Assembly: GCA_043228905.1 (NCBI GenBank)
Contig: JBHGNT010000012.1
Coordinates: forward strand, 3,596,001 to 3,660,000
Direction of reading: 5' to 3'
DNA from: Azolla caroliniana
Lineage: Eukaryota; Plantae; Polypodiophyta
DNA length: 64,000 bases
Under the pieces are notes generated by a model. That model had not been told where the DNA came from and searched no databases. It saw only the letters and a list, made by a program, of their open reading frames with translations. The position numbers were made by a program, and so were the translations under genes. Of the stretch, positions 24,597 through 39,142 are shown piece after piece (position 1 is the stretch's first letter; each line of letters begins with the position of its first letter).

Positions 24597-27134
24597 TATG
24601 GGTATGTACATATGTAGATGAGGTCCTCCAAAGTAGACCCTTCCATGTTTGATACAAATTGGTACTAGTCATTACACGTGTTCTAATTTCTCGAGAGCCT
24701 CAATTCCATCCACCACAACATCTTTCCCACTTATGACATTTGCAATGGATGAAACATGTTGAGATCAAATAGAAAAGTATACAAGTATTTTTTGTGTAAT
24801 GTACAAGTAATAGAGATGTTTCACTTAAGATAGCTCTTATAATAAATATTGGAAGCTTTTTCTAAGTTAGACTTACCTCTTCCAAAGATAGACCTCCAAA
24901 CTTTATATCTTCCCATTTCGCTAGACATTTCCAAAGCTTTCGTTATGTTCTTCTTCCAAAACTGGGATTCATTTATGGTTGATGAAGTTATCATGAACGT
25001 TCAAAGTCCAAAAGTAACTTCTACAAGTTCTTTCTACGGTGACCATTAATACACTCAGGTAAAGCCACCATGGTAGGCTTAATCAATTTCTTCACAATTG
25101 AAAACTAGCTACAATATATGTATGATGGAAGTGTTGCAAGAATTATACATGTTTGTTTTTCAAGCCAAGGTTATGAGGTTTGCACCATGCGCAAGAAGTA
25201 ACTCCAAAAGGCAAACATTTAGGAATGTATCAATACACAAGGGCCAACACATGGATCAATCATGAGTAGTAAAGTGTATCAACACACAAGAGCGTACAAA
25301 TGGATAACTCATGTGTAGTGAAGTCAGTAGCCTTCTTGAGATTCAACTAACATGTGTAACCCTAATTTTTTGTCTTCATACTAGATTAACTTGCTTTTTG
25401 ATATAAAAGATATAGTTAATGAACACTTGTACAGTAGTAGGAAAGCTCATTAGGGCATCAAACTCGCAAAAATGTCATTTCATGGATACAACCCTAGCAG
25501 AAAAGAATACGAAAAATACTACTCATTCGGTGGACGTGCTTGGCCATGTTGGTGATATTGGAGCTATATTGTGACTACACTAATTAACATGCATAATTGT
25601 TGCAATACTTCCATGATATGTTGGTGATTGTCAAGAGGTTTTTCTGAGTTTATAATGATCAGCAAAATGGTTGCTCTAATTAACATGAAAATTACAAAAG
25701 GGATACAATGATGAGGTAGAGGTGTGGGTGGCACACCAAATGAGTTAACATTGGGGTGTCATTAGTACTAAAAAGAAGGAACACATAGAGGACCAGCAGA
25801 TTATATGTACAAAATGGTGTATAGTATGTGAATTTGATGGATTCCATAACAAATCAAAAACCAAAACAACAATAGAGAAACGCCATGTCTGAAATGGACT
25901 CTTTTTTAATAACTAACCTTTCCCACATATTATCAAGTAAAAAAGATCATGAGCCATGTTTTGCCATTCCAATCAATTAACATATATAATGATCATCAAT
26001 AAATTTCTTGCAGAGTTTTAGGTATCATGATTCGGTATTTGTTGTAAGTGGTTCATTAGTTTTAGGTATTAACAGCATCCTCTTTTGATTTTAATTATTT
26101 CATATAAAAAATAGATACTTGATCAAAATTGTGTTATATCACTCTCATTTGCAATATCATACAAATCTTCAGCAAAACTTAACAACGGACTAAACATCAA
26201 GTGGGCCTAGTCTGTCCTCAAGATAAAATAATTCTCAGAATTATTTTCTTTTTCAGTCAAGAGAATTTGCATTTGAATCTTGTCATCATTGAAACTTCAC
26301 TATTACATCGTGATAGATTTCAATTGAGTAAATATCCCATACATACATATGTATCCAACGCATACTTCTGAAATTTTCCATTTAATGCATGTTACACACA
26401 TTCATATCCAAAATTTGCACATGTTACAACATTGGAAAATGCTGTCGATATGCATGGATTAATGCAAGCATTTTTATAAGAAGCATCATTACAAATGCAC
26501 AGAAGGACCAACGGACCAATTTATGTGCACAATGATATATATACACATATGTACATCGATATACACACATATATAGAAATACTTGTTGTATATATACATC
26601 TATACATATTGACTTATTTAGGAGCAACTTACCTAAATATGCTCATGTGCATCATAGATTCACAGAAAGCATGGTTCTTGTTTTTACCAAAAATTAAATG
26701 TACATGCATCATTAAAGTTTAGGCTCTTAGTTACGAGAAAGGTAAGCTTTAAGCACATAATTCCACATGTAAAAAGAAAAACTAAAGAGTTTACTATTGC
26801 AATACGACTGGAGATACAAACGACCATTTATGTTACGGATCTAGATCATTTGTGTGACTGCAACAGCCTTGCAATGTGTCACCTATAACACATGAAAGAC
26901 CCATACTACCATTGACTATTCTATGTAAATGCACCCTTAAGTTGGAAGGAGGTTGAAGTGTCCCATTAAACAACAAAAGTAAAGGAAATGCTGGATTGCA
27001 TTTAAATTTACTGTTTGTCATAGGTTTTTAATCAGCTTTGCACAAAACATGGAGGTAGAGAATCTATCTGTATACATATACAAATGTACAACACCTCTTT
27101 GAGTACACAATGGGATTTCTCAGACGTGGAGATT

Positions 27135-28715
27135 TTAGATGGCTAACCTCTTAGAGCCTTTGGAAGATGACCACCGCAAAAGACTACACACCAAGAAACT
27201 TCCACTGGCTACCAGAGAAAACTTCACTTTTGAAAAGGCCGACCGTGTATGCAAGCACAGGGGCGGTAAGGCCACAGGGTTGACTTCACTGACACCATCA
27301 ATTAATCCTACTACATTCATGCTGCTATCTACAATGTTTGGATCTTTGCAATCTAGGCAAACTATAAGAGGCGGCCGATGTACACGAAGCCATACAGCAC
27401 TCTCCCATGTAACCCCGCGGCATTTTTTAACCTTCAACTTCACTAACTGAGGGCAACCTGACACGAGAACCCTCATTCCTTGGTCCGATATTGCACACCC
27501 TTTCATACAAAGCCTCTTGAGTGAGCAGCATTTCACGGCAATGAAAGACAGTTCAGAGTCCCCAACTGTCTCACTATTACATAGTGCAAGCCTTTCCAAA
27601 TTCAAGCAATTTGATGCCATTACATTCAAACTCGACGTTGTCACATTGATACCGATCAAGACAACTTCTTGTAGATCTCGACAATTCAAACCTATAGCAA
27701 TGAGGCCATCATCACCGATCCGATTTGACTTCCAGCCATCCAAATGCAACTTCCGTAGCTTTTTGCAACCCTCCGCGACGACCGACAAACCACGGTTAGT
27801 GCAATCAGGCACCTTTGCAACATAAAGGACCTCAAGGTTTGTGCATCGAGAGACTGCATGCAAACCTCTGTCGCTTAGATGTATCCTCTCCATGTGAAGC
27901 TCCACTAAGCTCGGTACGCGATCGGCGATTATACATTCCAGCAAGCTATCCCAATTCCCAGAATTCCGACATATCATCAACGTGTGCAAGTTCTTTGAAC
28001 CTGCTATCAGCGGGGCAAAGAGTTGTGCATTGAAAAGCTCCTTGAGGCACAACCTGCGTATCGAGCCACTCCCAGGCCTGATAAACTCAGCTGGACCTTC
28101 CAGTAACCCTCTTAGCCTTTTCACGGTTAGATCCTCAAGGAGTGTACAATGAGTAACAATTGAATTGATGCCCCGTGCACCGAAACCACATGTGCCGAGA
28201 GATAGCTTCTGAAGGGTTGGCGCTGAGAGAGGGGCAAAGAGATCTAGGCCACTATCGGTGAGTTGTCGGCATCCTTTAATTTTCAGCTTCCTAAGATGGG
28301 CGCACTGCCGGCCAACAATCGCAAGTGCCTTGTCAGTGATACTCAGGGTCTTTCGGTCACACCTCAGGATGAGCTTTGTGATGGTGTCAAATCGGGCCAA
28401 GATTGATGGTAGGGATGGGACGATTTCTGCATGTGCATGGAGGGAGAGACGGTGGCGGGATCGAGACTCAATAGAATGCCATCGTGTACAAGTGAGGGAG
28501 CATTGGTTCAAGTCCGGGGCGGGCACCTTCTGGAAGATAAACATGAGGCATTCATCTGGAAGCAATGAGGTATAGTCCTCCTCAGGTGGAGAAGCTACAC
28601 TTAATCCTTCTTGCACTTGCTGTTCCTCTTCTTCTTGCTGCTCACCTTCATCATCATTGCTGTGGCTGTAATCTTTGCTAGAAGCACATGTAATGCTGGA
28701 AGCTCCTTGACCCAT
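27135..28715 (-). CDS. F-box/LRR-repeat protein, VFB/SKIP2-like, intronless, about 526 aa
   Basis: First ATG gives MGQGASS (N-myristoylation-type start, as in VFB/SKIP2 proteins). F-box DYTSLLPDECLMFIF...CSLTCTRW, Cys-containing LRRs and LHLDGWKSNRIGDDGL. Confidence 0.92.
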   Translation of the reverse strand: MGQGASSITCASSKDYSHSNDDEGEQQEEEEQQVQEGLSVASPPEEDYTSLLPDECLMFIFQKVPAPDLNQCSLTCTRWHSIESRSRHRLSLHAHAEIVPSLPSILARFDTITKLILRCDRKTLSITDKALAIVGRQCAHLRKLKIKGCRQLTDSGLDLFAPLSAPTLQKLSLGTCGFGARGINSIVTHCTLLEDLTVKRLRGLLEGPAEFIRPGSGSIRRLCLKELFNAQLFAPLIAGSKNLHTLMICRNSGNWDSLLECIIADRVPSLVELHMERIHLSDRGLHAVSRCTNLEVLYVAKVPDCTNRGLSVVAEGCKKLRKLHLDGWKSNRIGDDGLIAIGLNCRDLQEVVLIGINVTTSSLNVMASNCLNLERLALCNSETVGDSELSFIAVKCCSLKRLCMKGCAISDQGMRVLVSGCPQLVKLKVKKCRGVTWESAVWLRVHRPPLIVCLDCKDPNIVDSSMNVVGLIDGVSEVNPVALPPLCLHTRSAFSKVKFSLVASGSFLVCSLLRWSSSKGSKRLAI

Positions 28716-29264
28716 AGCTTGGTCTAAAGGATCTGGTGGAGGGATCCAGGCCCAGAGGAGGAAACACACGTGATATACACACAAAGACACATGGTATGTA
28801 CTCGTACTCCCCGCTTGATTTTAGAACACATCTGCATATACATCCACATCCATATCCACTGTCACATACATGTCCACATTCCCATACCACATAAGCATGC
28901 ATATGTATACTCGTCCGTCCACATCTACATCCACATCCACATGCACATCACATACATATTGCATCCATATGCATGTATGCATGCACCAGACTATATACCC
29001 ATGCCCATGCCCATGCCCATGCTCATTTGCACAGGCAGAACAGAGCCTGTACTCACAAACTAGAGACAAAACTCACGAGGCGCGGTGCACGGAGGCGAGA
29101 AACAGAAGAGGAAAGACTAAAGAAGGGATTTGAAAGGACAAGATTCTGTAAGCCTAAACAGGACGCAGACACCAGAGAGACACACACACACACAGACAGA
29201 GACACAGAGAGACAGAGAGATAGAAGGAATGGTTTTGTTCACGGAATGTCTCGATTTGAACACA

Positions 29265-29720
29265 TACACACACTCTCTTTCTCTCTCTCTCTCTACACTC
29301 TGTCTCTTTCTATCTCTACACAAAAACACACACTCTCTTTCTCTCTCTCTCTACACTCTGTCTCTTTCTATCTCTACACAAACACACACACACTCTCTCT
29401 CTCTACACTCTGTCTCTTTCTATCTCTACACAAACACACACACTCTCTCTCTCTCTACACTCTGTCTCTTTCTATCTCTACACAAACACACACACACACT
29501 CTCTCTCTACACTCTGTCTCTTTCTATCTCTACACAAACACACACACACACACACTCTCTCTCTCTCTACCCTCTGTCTCTTTCTATCTCTACACAAACA
29601 CACACACTCTCTCTCTCTCTCTCTTTCTCTGTACACTCTGTCTCTTTCTATCTCTACACATACACAGAGACTGTACACTCTGTCTCTTTCTATCTCTACA
29701 CAAACACAAAACACACACGT
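29265..29720. repeat. Compound minisatellite: core CTCTACACTCTGTCTCTTTCTATCTCTACACAAA separated by variable (CA)n(CT)n, about 8 copies
   Basis: Directly visible. It abuts the 5' end of a truncated LINE. Confidence 0.9.
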
Positions 29721-29722
29721 AC

Positions 29723-30740
29723 ATAGTCCGTAATAAAGTGGTACGCCAAGAAATATGGCAAATTTACACTCGATATAAATGGATCACCCCACGAGAGCCA
29801 CTCCCATCTAAAAAATGTTGTACTATAAGGAACACTTCTTGCACTTCTCTCAGTTAGGTTTTATTACACGACCAAGATATCTAGATACATTCTTATCAAA
29901 TGCACTAAGGGTTGCCATTGGACAACTTAGGATATCATCTCACCAACTTGAGATTGAGAATGGTCGGGCTAATAGAGTCCCTATGGAGGAAAGGCTATGT
30001 AGGTTGTGGCACATAGAGATAGAGGATGAGTATCATCACTTCACATGCAAGTGCCCAACTTATGCCGAGATACGAGTGGAATACCAAGACATATTAGGAC
30101 CCTCTCCCACCCTCTCCAAACTATTAGATACCCCAGATGTAAAGAGACTAGGTAGGTATATCTTAGAGCTAAAACAACATAGGGAGAATAAATTACAAAG
30201 TGTTAACCACAACCCTTTTACTATTCATCAACTTGTAACTAGTGTAATTTTTTAGGAACAAGGGGAGACGATGAATGTGGATACACTTACACCGATCGGC
30301 CTCTCTCTTGAGGAAGCCGAAACGCAAAGAACAACCAAACGCCCTCGGATGTTGGACTTCAAAACAAGTCGACATGGAGTAGAAAGGATTAAGAAGATAA
30401 GGGAACGTGAGCTACATCGACTAGAAGCTATGGTTGGGGGTACCTTTTACATTGGGGCCACGGACCACATCCACATCGAAACCCTTTGACCTCTCACTTC
30501 TCTTCGAGAGACTTGGATGGAAATGAAATTAGGCCTAGTATAACATCATTTTCATTGTAGAACATGTTTGTTATTTTATTTTACTATAACTATTTAGCTT
30601 AAAACTCTATTTTTATTTTTATTTTTTACTTTCGATGAATGGGTAAATATCCCATTTTTTGTTGTAAACCATTTGTCTCATGGGCCAATTTTGGCCTTAG
30701 AAGACCTTAATATTTATTTATTTATTTCTTTCTTTCTTTC
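29723..30740 (+). mobile_element. 5'-truncated LINE (second, related subfamily): ORF2 C-terminal Zn-finger region, 3' UTR and (TTTA/TTTC)n tail
   Basis: ORF 29815-30255 LRISSHQLEIENGR...ERLCRL..IEDEYHHFTCKC...ILELKQHRE parallels the 46300-46600 region. The 3' hairpin GGCCAATTTTGGCC (near 30683) is followed by a simple-repeat tail. Confidence 0.85.
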
Positions 30741-30775
30741 TCTCTCTACATACACACACAATCATTCACTCTCTT

Positions 30776-30780
<5 letters not shown>

Positions 30781-30828
<48 letters not shown>
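30781..30828. repeat. (AC)n microsatellite
   Basis: Visible run. Confidence 0.95.
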
Positions 30829-30832
<4 letters not shown>

Positions 30833-33800
30833 CTCTTAACAAGTTTCATCTCTCGTCACTCCACTAGATCTCGCCAAGTCTCACCTCATCTATGGGACGC
30901 ATGGCACATGATTGTTCCCAACCAGGCATTGTCGCTGCCCATGATACCATACTGATCCACGCCTGCATGCTTGTTCTCGTCTAGGCATTGTCACCGCCCA
31001 TGATACCATACTGACTTGCGAGAGAATCCGGGAACACAAAAACATCAACGTGGTTTTGAAAAACACGAAAGGAAGTGCTTGTTATTAATCTATTCCTCTA
31101 AACAACCTCGTGTCGGCCCTATGACACCCATACGTGTTACTTCGTGACCGATTTGTTCCCCCTCATTTGAGAAAATGGAAATGCACAAAATAGAGAGTTT
31201 GATTTTGCTATTTAGTTCATAGACTTGATCATTTTCTCCGAGCTATGAGACAATTCAAGGGAGAGTTTGCAAGACGAGTAAGGGTTTGTGGTGTTCCTGC
31301 ATGGGATGTTTGTCTTTCTAATATTCAATGTGTTACATGTTATTATGGGGTTTCCCAAGGATCTTCATGAAAACAATATGTGATCCTCATCGAAAATTTA
31401 TTAGATCGATGTAATGTGTTGTTGGTTTCCCTCCCCTTAGATGATGTGTTGTTGGATATACAAGTTAGATTGTCTCAAGGATTTTCTGATCTTGAGGTTT
31501 GTAACTATCAACACTCGTAGTTGATGGACGTGACACAAGAACCACAATATCATAATTGTCAATCACACAAATTCTTCCATGGGTTACATGCCACCCATGC
31601 TAGATTGGATTTGACTATACGTTTGAATATGGATGGAAATCCTCAAGTAATTATTGATAATTATACATGACATTTCACAACTCTTTTTGGTTCAAAATGT
31701 TTTCTAAATAGTTGGATGAGACAAGCAAGATCAATGCTATTTGAATTGATCAAAGAGAAGGTTGGGCAACAAGGCATGTTGATCTTGGAGGAAGACATAA
31801 ATAAGGACAAGGTGGAGTGTGTTCCTTCACATCATTCTAATGAAACGGTCTCTTATGGAGAGCATCCCTACTAAATTTGGAGGACCACATGGTTGGTTGA
31901 GTGGTTAGCCTCTTAAAAGGTATGTGTATAGGAACTCAACCTTGGGTGTGGATAATTGGTTATTTCATGTATAAGATTGGTGTACACCTTGGGAAAACAA
32001 GAGACTTAGCTTCATTGTGGTCCGTTGCTAATAGTAATTGATTGATTAAATGTGCAAAATCAATTACGGTTCAATAATTAGTGCACTCTTGGAAAATGAG
32101 TTTAGAGTTCGTCAAGTGGAAAACACCTAGTGTTGAAAAGGTATTAATTCTCTACCAACAGTGGTGTTTGCATCCTCGCGACTATCATGTTGGGATGGAA
32201 AGGAAAATCTCAAGTGTGACTTCAATCATATGGCAGGGCTTGGCTTTGTAACCATTACAAATATTGTGTTATAGTCACACAAGCATATCACGACCTTTAG
32301 GACACTGTGCACCAAGTTTCATACACCTCCTAGATATGACCTTTAGTCTCATCTTCCATTTCAAGCAAAAGTGTTTCTTTGGTGGGCAATGGTGGGTGGC
32401 TTTAAAACATTGACACATTTCCAATGGTGCACACCTCAGAGTCCCTCACGTCTCACATTGTTTCACTTGCTTGCATCTCCTACCAATGTTATATTTTGGA
32501 TTTGTAATTCCTTATATTAAGGTTGTTGATGGTAATGCTTGGATTTGACTTCTTTCAAATATGTAATGGCCAATTCCAATAGCCATTCTTGAAGGAAGTT
32601 TTAAAAAATTGATAACACATCATTTAGAGCACTAGTATGTGAATTTGATCTTATGTATTCTTAGACAAATGTGAACTTGATATGTGTTTTGCTTTTGAAA
32701 TATTGATGGTTCAAGTGTAACATCTACATTGTCGAACACCTAGCATTCTTAGTTAGAAGATATCCTAAATTGATGGCCCAAATGTACACCTCAACATCCT
32801 TTCATAGATAGTAGTTGCATCAATTGTTTTTCATACTTCGATCCTATCTAAACAACCACCATCATTGTCTTTGATGACGCAGATGAACTCTTGTGCAGAC
32901 ACCTCTTCTTGATGTGACATTGCATTCCTTTGATTCAGACATATGTTTGTGAACCATTCAAGGCAATGAACGCCCACCTCCCTAATCATGGTGTGCATTT
33001 CCTAGATAGATAGAATTAGTTTCAACCACATATGTATGTGGGTCCATCAAACTCCATCCAAAGCATTGACAAGCTATGTCATAAAAGAAAACATTTACAA
33101 GCACATGCATAAATCATATCCTAATAGACTTTGGAAAAATGAGGTGTTGCTTATTGTATGTATGAACATGGTCCAACAATCGACGTAAAACTATATAATG
33201 AAATCCACTAATACGTAACAATTATGAATGAATAAAATAATTAGATACGTAAGGAGGGCCCTAGAATTAAACTTTTAAGGCGTTAGGTCTCTTAGTTTGT
33301 TGAGGATTTTAATAAAAACTATAAAAAAGCATGCTCAAATTTTTCTCAGTTTAAATTATAAGAAAAAATAGGTTGATTGATGATGAAGATTTCTTCAATT
33401 ATTTATTGTAATTTTGATGACAATATGATCTAGAAAGAAGCATAATCAATGACAATGTAAGAAGAAAAGCATTATTGTTTTGATATTTCGATACCATGGA
33501 AATCACCAAACTCTTCTCGATGTACTTGGTTTACAACATGGATCCGTTGGTTAGGTTCATGGAACAAATAAAGAAAAACTCGTCACATTTTTACTCGAAG
33601 TATGTGTGAACACCCATCGAAAATGACAAACAAATATTATACTCATGTGATAAGGATTTTGTGAGAAGGGGGGGGGGGGGGCACAAAGAGAAAAAAAAAC
33701 GGTAAGGAAAGGAGTCAAGACCTAAATTTCGAGGAGAAAAGTTAACTCATAAGGACACAAGCTATTAAATAAAATATGAGAAAGAATGATCAAAACTCAA

Positions 33801-35289
33801 TAAATGATTGAAATTGTGATTGGCGAGACATTCTATGAGTGTTATACAAGAGAAAAAACGAGAGAATTTGATAAATGATAAAATTTATCAAGCAAACGGA
33901 CAAATATTTAAGTCATAAAGATGTTCATTAATCTTTTCATTCTTATGGGAATTGAGAGGTGCTTTGAGATGCTGATAAGGCAATCATGAACATTATGTAG
34001 ATTATAAGCCAAATTGTTAAAGATATGTGTGGTAAATTTCTATAGATTTTGGTACTTTTGTAGTATGTTGGATTTGTTATTTGTCTGAAAGGCTCTTAGA
34101 TGAGTATCAAATTTCAACCCAAATTGTTTAGCATTTCGAGTATGGGATGAAGCAATAGGTCTTGGAGAAAATGGAATTTTTATCACTATGAGTCTTGTTA
34201 CCAAAGAGAAGAGAAATAAATAGAAAGTCATTTGCAAAACCTAGTGGATATGACTAAGTTTTTTATTTTAATTCCGAGTTTTTATTTGTAGAAAGACAAA
34301 ATTTGGGCTCATTTATTGTTTGAGGTAGCATATTTAAGGCAAATAAAATAAACTATTACATATGGAAATTGCTATATCCATATTTTTTTCAACAAGAAAA
34401 TTAGCTACAAAGGTAGTGGCCATGCCTCAACGAAGTACTGGGAGCTGGATCGTTTGCTTACATAATAGAAACTCTTTGAATGTTCTCTAAAGATGGACTA
34501 GGGAAAAAAATATCTTCCAATAAGATGGGTTTTTTGTCTTCTAGACTCCAAAATTCAATTGGTGTAAGGTGAATGAGGACATTATTGATTCAAAACACTG
34601 CATGGGAACATGCTTTAGAGAATGTAAGGATATACACATGATTTTTCCTTTCTGTTCTAATTTGAGTTTGGTTCAACAAAGGTGTATTGTAATTTATCTC
34701 GAACATTCTCGAACTCAAGCATATTTGGACCTAGAAATGAATCTTTATTTTTTGGCTATCTAATTGTTTGATTAATGTTCCATGTAATGTATATTCAATA
34801 ACATTTACATGCATCTGGTCTCATAATACATGTGAAGATAAAAGGGGATTTGAGGTTGTCCAAATGATCTACAACCTTAAAAGTTTGATCATGACGGAAA
34901 TCATGTCAGTTTTTTTAAGTCAAATGTTCTTTTATTATGATTTGATAGATAAAAGGATCCAACAATTTAAGGGTTGCTGGATTTAGTTGTCTATTTTACT
35001 GTTGAGCTCCAAATTCTAGGCATGATTTTTCATTCTTGCGTTTTTCTATTTTTTCGATGAAATAGTGTAGCTCTTGTTTCTACTTCATGACCTTGAGGTT
35101 GTTCATTTAGTTTCCAAGTCGATAGAACACCCAAATGGATTTGATTGTGTGTTTGGATCATATGAGCTTTTTTCATTTAGGGTGGTTGCATGTTTCCTAC
35201 CTTTTATTAAGTAGAACATGGCAAACGTTTTTCATTTACAACAATTGCCCTTATTTCTATGTTTGATAACAAATATAAGGCAAAGACTT

Positions 35290-36030
35290 AAGCCATTGTA
35301 GGGAGGATTAGGGATTGTAGATGCATTACATCAGTCCAAAGCTTTGATTCAATAATTGGTGATTCGGGGATTGTTGCCAAGATCAAAACCTTGGAAACAA
35401 TTGTTGTTTTATGAATTGCAAAAGTTTTGTCCCAAAATTGGAGGAGATGGGATTTTATGGAACATAATAAGTTGGCTATTGTCACAAACTGGGAAGACAG
35501 ATTTGCTCGATCTGTTCTTAATGCATGGAAAGATGTTTCTCTTAATTTCGTTAAGATATTGCAAAAAACAGAAGCTAAATTCTGTAGACAACACCTGATT
35601 TGGAATTCATGGTTGACTAACAAGAAAGGACAAATGTTGGGAAGGCGTACTAGATGTGCATGGGCAGAATTAGATCGTGGCCCAACACGGTCTATAGATC
35701 AACAAAATCTTAAAGATAATAATTTCGGGAATTTGGATAGAGATTGTGCATAATCTCATAGGGTTGTTGGATAGTATAAAAGGTAATACTCACCAAGCGG
35801 AGCTTATGCGTTTGGAGTTTCATGCCATTTGGGACATAGGTATATTTTATAGATGGCTTGTTGATAAGGTGGAGTGGTTTTACTCAACACCAAAGTATTT
35901 ATTTAAGCCGATGGTTAGAATTTAGAAAAATACAAGGGATCTGTGGTATATCTTGTATGTACAATCTTATGCGTTTTCTAATACTAATGTAGTATCTTTT
36001 TTTGAATATATATATATATATATATATATA
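35290..36030 (+). mobile_element. Probable decayed L1-clade LINE fragment (post-RT region)
   Basis: GGLGIVD motif near 35302, followed by Trp-rich broken ORFs (KPWKQLL, LIWNSWL). It ends at a (TA)n run. Confidence 0.45.
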
Positions 36031-39000
36031 AGGCAAAGAATTCCAAAAATTGCAATTCATGTGACACTAATCTACATTCATAATACTTTTCATGAATTTT
36101 TTATTAGCTAAACTTTTATGTAGGGAATTAAAATGCCATCATGGTTGGATCACGAGCCAGGGCAACTTGCTAGCTAGTGAATGTGATTCTATATTTTATT
36201 TTGATGGGACAATATGTTAGCTTTTTTGTTTGGAGCCCTACTATCAAGGTGACTAAAAGTGTACAATACATACAAGGAAGTGATGCATTGGAAATTATAT
36301 GGACACAATAGTGCGTGTTTAGGTTTATGCTTGTGTGTCGCATGAAAAGTACAAGGTGAACAAGACTAACATTACTTTACTCAGATTGGAAATGATCTCA
36401 TGTTTGCCGTTCATTGGAACATGGAATTCGTTGATGACACAAGCGATACATTTTTATCAAAGTGCTCAAATGACTAATTCTTAGACCTAAAATGTTTAGT
36501 GAATGCTATTTAACAATGAGACTTTTATATCTCATTTTTAAGGATTCAAAATTGAAATCCTCACATACAATCTAGAATTGAGTACATAAATGCATATTTG
36601 AATTTTGGTTATTGAAGTTTGTACTAAGTTCTTTATAATTTTGAGATGTTTAAAGAGCACTCCAAGACAAACCATATCAAACACAATGCAAAATCTATCA
36701 CATGTCACATACAGTTAAGGTTAGAGTCTAAAGAAATGGGTGGAAGTACTGTGGAACAATGGAATGTCAAGTTCATTCTAAATGGCATTCTCCTTTTGTT
36801 TACACTAACTACTACTTAATACTTTTCTCCCAAATGAATTGCTTTATAATTTCATATTCCACATTCCAAGGGGGTTGAAAACCATAGATAGCCCAACCAT
36901 ATTTGAATGGAAGAATAGTATGAACATATATACAAATTACATCTCCTAATGTGATATGTGCATATAAACATATGTGTTCTAGTGTAAATAACTAATGTGG
37001 ATGAAATTGATCATAGCGTGATATGCACTTAAACATATGTGTTGTTACAAGCGCTATGTAGGTTGTACCGTGATTGCATGTTCTTGTGTGAAGATACATG
37101 CAAGTCCTCGTGTGGTAGTATATATAAATGTATGTTCAAAGAAATTGGAATTATTTTATTAAGGTGCATGTAGCCTTTCTTTTTTCTGTATGTGCAAATC
37201 TCTCTCTCTAACCTTAAGCAAACATTTGGTTATTCTACTTCTCTATGTGGATGCCCTAGTTTTCAAATCACAAGATATTAACACTTTATTTTCTATGAGA
37301 TACAAAAGCATTATGTGACAAGAGCCATATAGTGCATAAATGTTATTGCTCATGTTTCCAACTCTATTTGAGTTGCATGGATCATGTCATCGGGCTCGTC
37401 AGAACTTTAAAACATTTCTTGAATGAACTACCCTAGTGTTAAGAGATTAGACTAGCTACCCACACAAGGCCTTGGGTTCAAAGCCCAACATCCTCACATC
37501 TTATTAGATGTTATACTTTTCCTGATTTACTAAGCAACTTTGGGAGTCATGCTTTGCCTTTGATCACATTCAACTATTGTTTCCACACATCTTTGACCAA
37601 ACCCAATCCTTGCATGAGTTTATCTCACAGTCACAATGTGATGTCTTGATTACAACATTTATTGGTAAAGTTCTTGAACATCAAGAGTTGCTACTCGCTT
37701 TCACATGTATTACATGAAATGTAATATTATAGGTCGTATAGGCCATATTTGACCTTTGAAGATGACTTGAGAAAATTCCAACTGGGCATGCTTCCTTCAA
37801 GGACATCTCTTAATATAACTAGGTTTCTTTTGCACTCATAGGTGAACTTTGTCCTTAAATATTTTTTTAAGTGCAATGACAAATTTCCTTGCTTAGATAA
37901 AGGTTTTCTTGGTAGAAGTTCTTATTTTAGAGTATTTTCCAAAAGCTCTAAACAAAGATGGTTCTTGTAAGGATTAATACCTTGTAAGTTCTACATGTCC
38001 CATTACTCGTACAATGGTTACACCACTTAGTTTCACATGCATTTATGATTTTACCAAGATTGATAGATCCTTGGTGCCCTTGGTGTTAGAGAGATGTCCT
38101 TGAAGGGAGCATGCCATTTGGAATGTTTTCAAGATTCTCAAATATCTTTACCATAATGTATGCCTTGTTCCCATGTTGTGTTCATACCAATACTCTTTCA
38201 TGGTAGAAGAGGCACATATTTTTATATTGATGATTAGTACTCCCATATTATATGGTTTCAAAGACCTTAACAAGGTATAACAAAGGATCTCCCTTGTAAT
38301 GTGTTTGTGAGTTCCATGGGTATCACCACTTGCTTACCTTGGAATTTAATATAATATTAACTACAAGGAAGATAACACTAGATAAACAAATACACTAGAT
38401 GATTGATTGGTGATGAGTATATTGTAGACCTTGGAAGATATTAAAATTATGTTGAATTACAACTACCTTGACTATAGGATAGCTTGAACAACCATATACA
38501 TTCATACAAATCATTTCCTAGGCATGCATAATCCCAACAACACTTGGTCTTGGGAAAGGTTTATAGTTCAAGAACAGTCAAGGGGGAATTTTTGGTTCAA
38601 TTCTCTTATATATTAAGCAGAATTCAACTGGATGACCATGACCCTTGCTAATACATCAGTCACTTGTACACCAAATGCATAATGTGTTCGGTAGACTCGC
38701 TCCTACCTTCTTAATATTAACACTATATACTTTATATTATGACATGTGCATGCTATGCTACCTTTGTAATTGATCGTCTACTACAGTATAGTCTACCACC
38801 GCAATAGTGTTTAATGCATCTATTGTATCATACAATTATATTGAAGTGAGGTAAAACAGTGTAGCCCATGATTTAAAGCAGATCGATTGTTTTGATAGCA
38901 TGTAGGCACTTAACCCAAGGTCATAATACTGTACAAGAAAGAATCAGGATCGGAAAGCTTAAAGTTTCCAAAAGAGGAATCAAAGAGAAAAGACCCTCCA

Positions 39001-39142
39001 GTTGTTACCTTTAAATGTAGTCTTTAATAAATTTGACATCTTTCCTTTTAAAGAAGTGAGAATTCATCTCACCGACAGTGGCTTCCATAGACAACTGGCT
39101 CAAAATCAACAGGAGTAGACCAGATTTGTTTCAAAATCCATA

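Noticed and set aside
28716-28790. N-terminal extension of the F-box ORF in the ORF track
   Set aside because: It starts at a non-ATG codon. The first ATG gives the family-typical MGQ start at 28715.
28770-29857. Long His/Thr/Leu/Ser-rich ORFs (up to 294 aa)
   Set aside because: They are translations of microsatellite DNA.
31000-33200. Possible decayed transposase or retroelement coding sequence
   Set aside because: It looks like old TE DNA, but I could not identify diagnostic motifs with confidence.
38090-38140. MPFG motif suggesting a Ty3/gypsy RT
   Set aside because: It is an isolated four-residue match with no flanking RT motifs.
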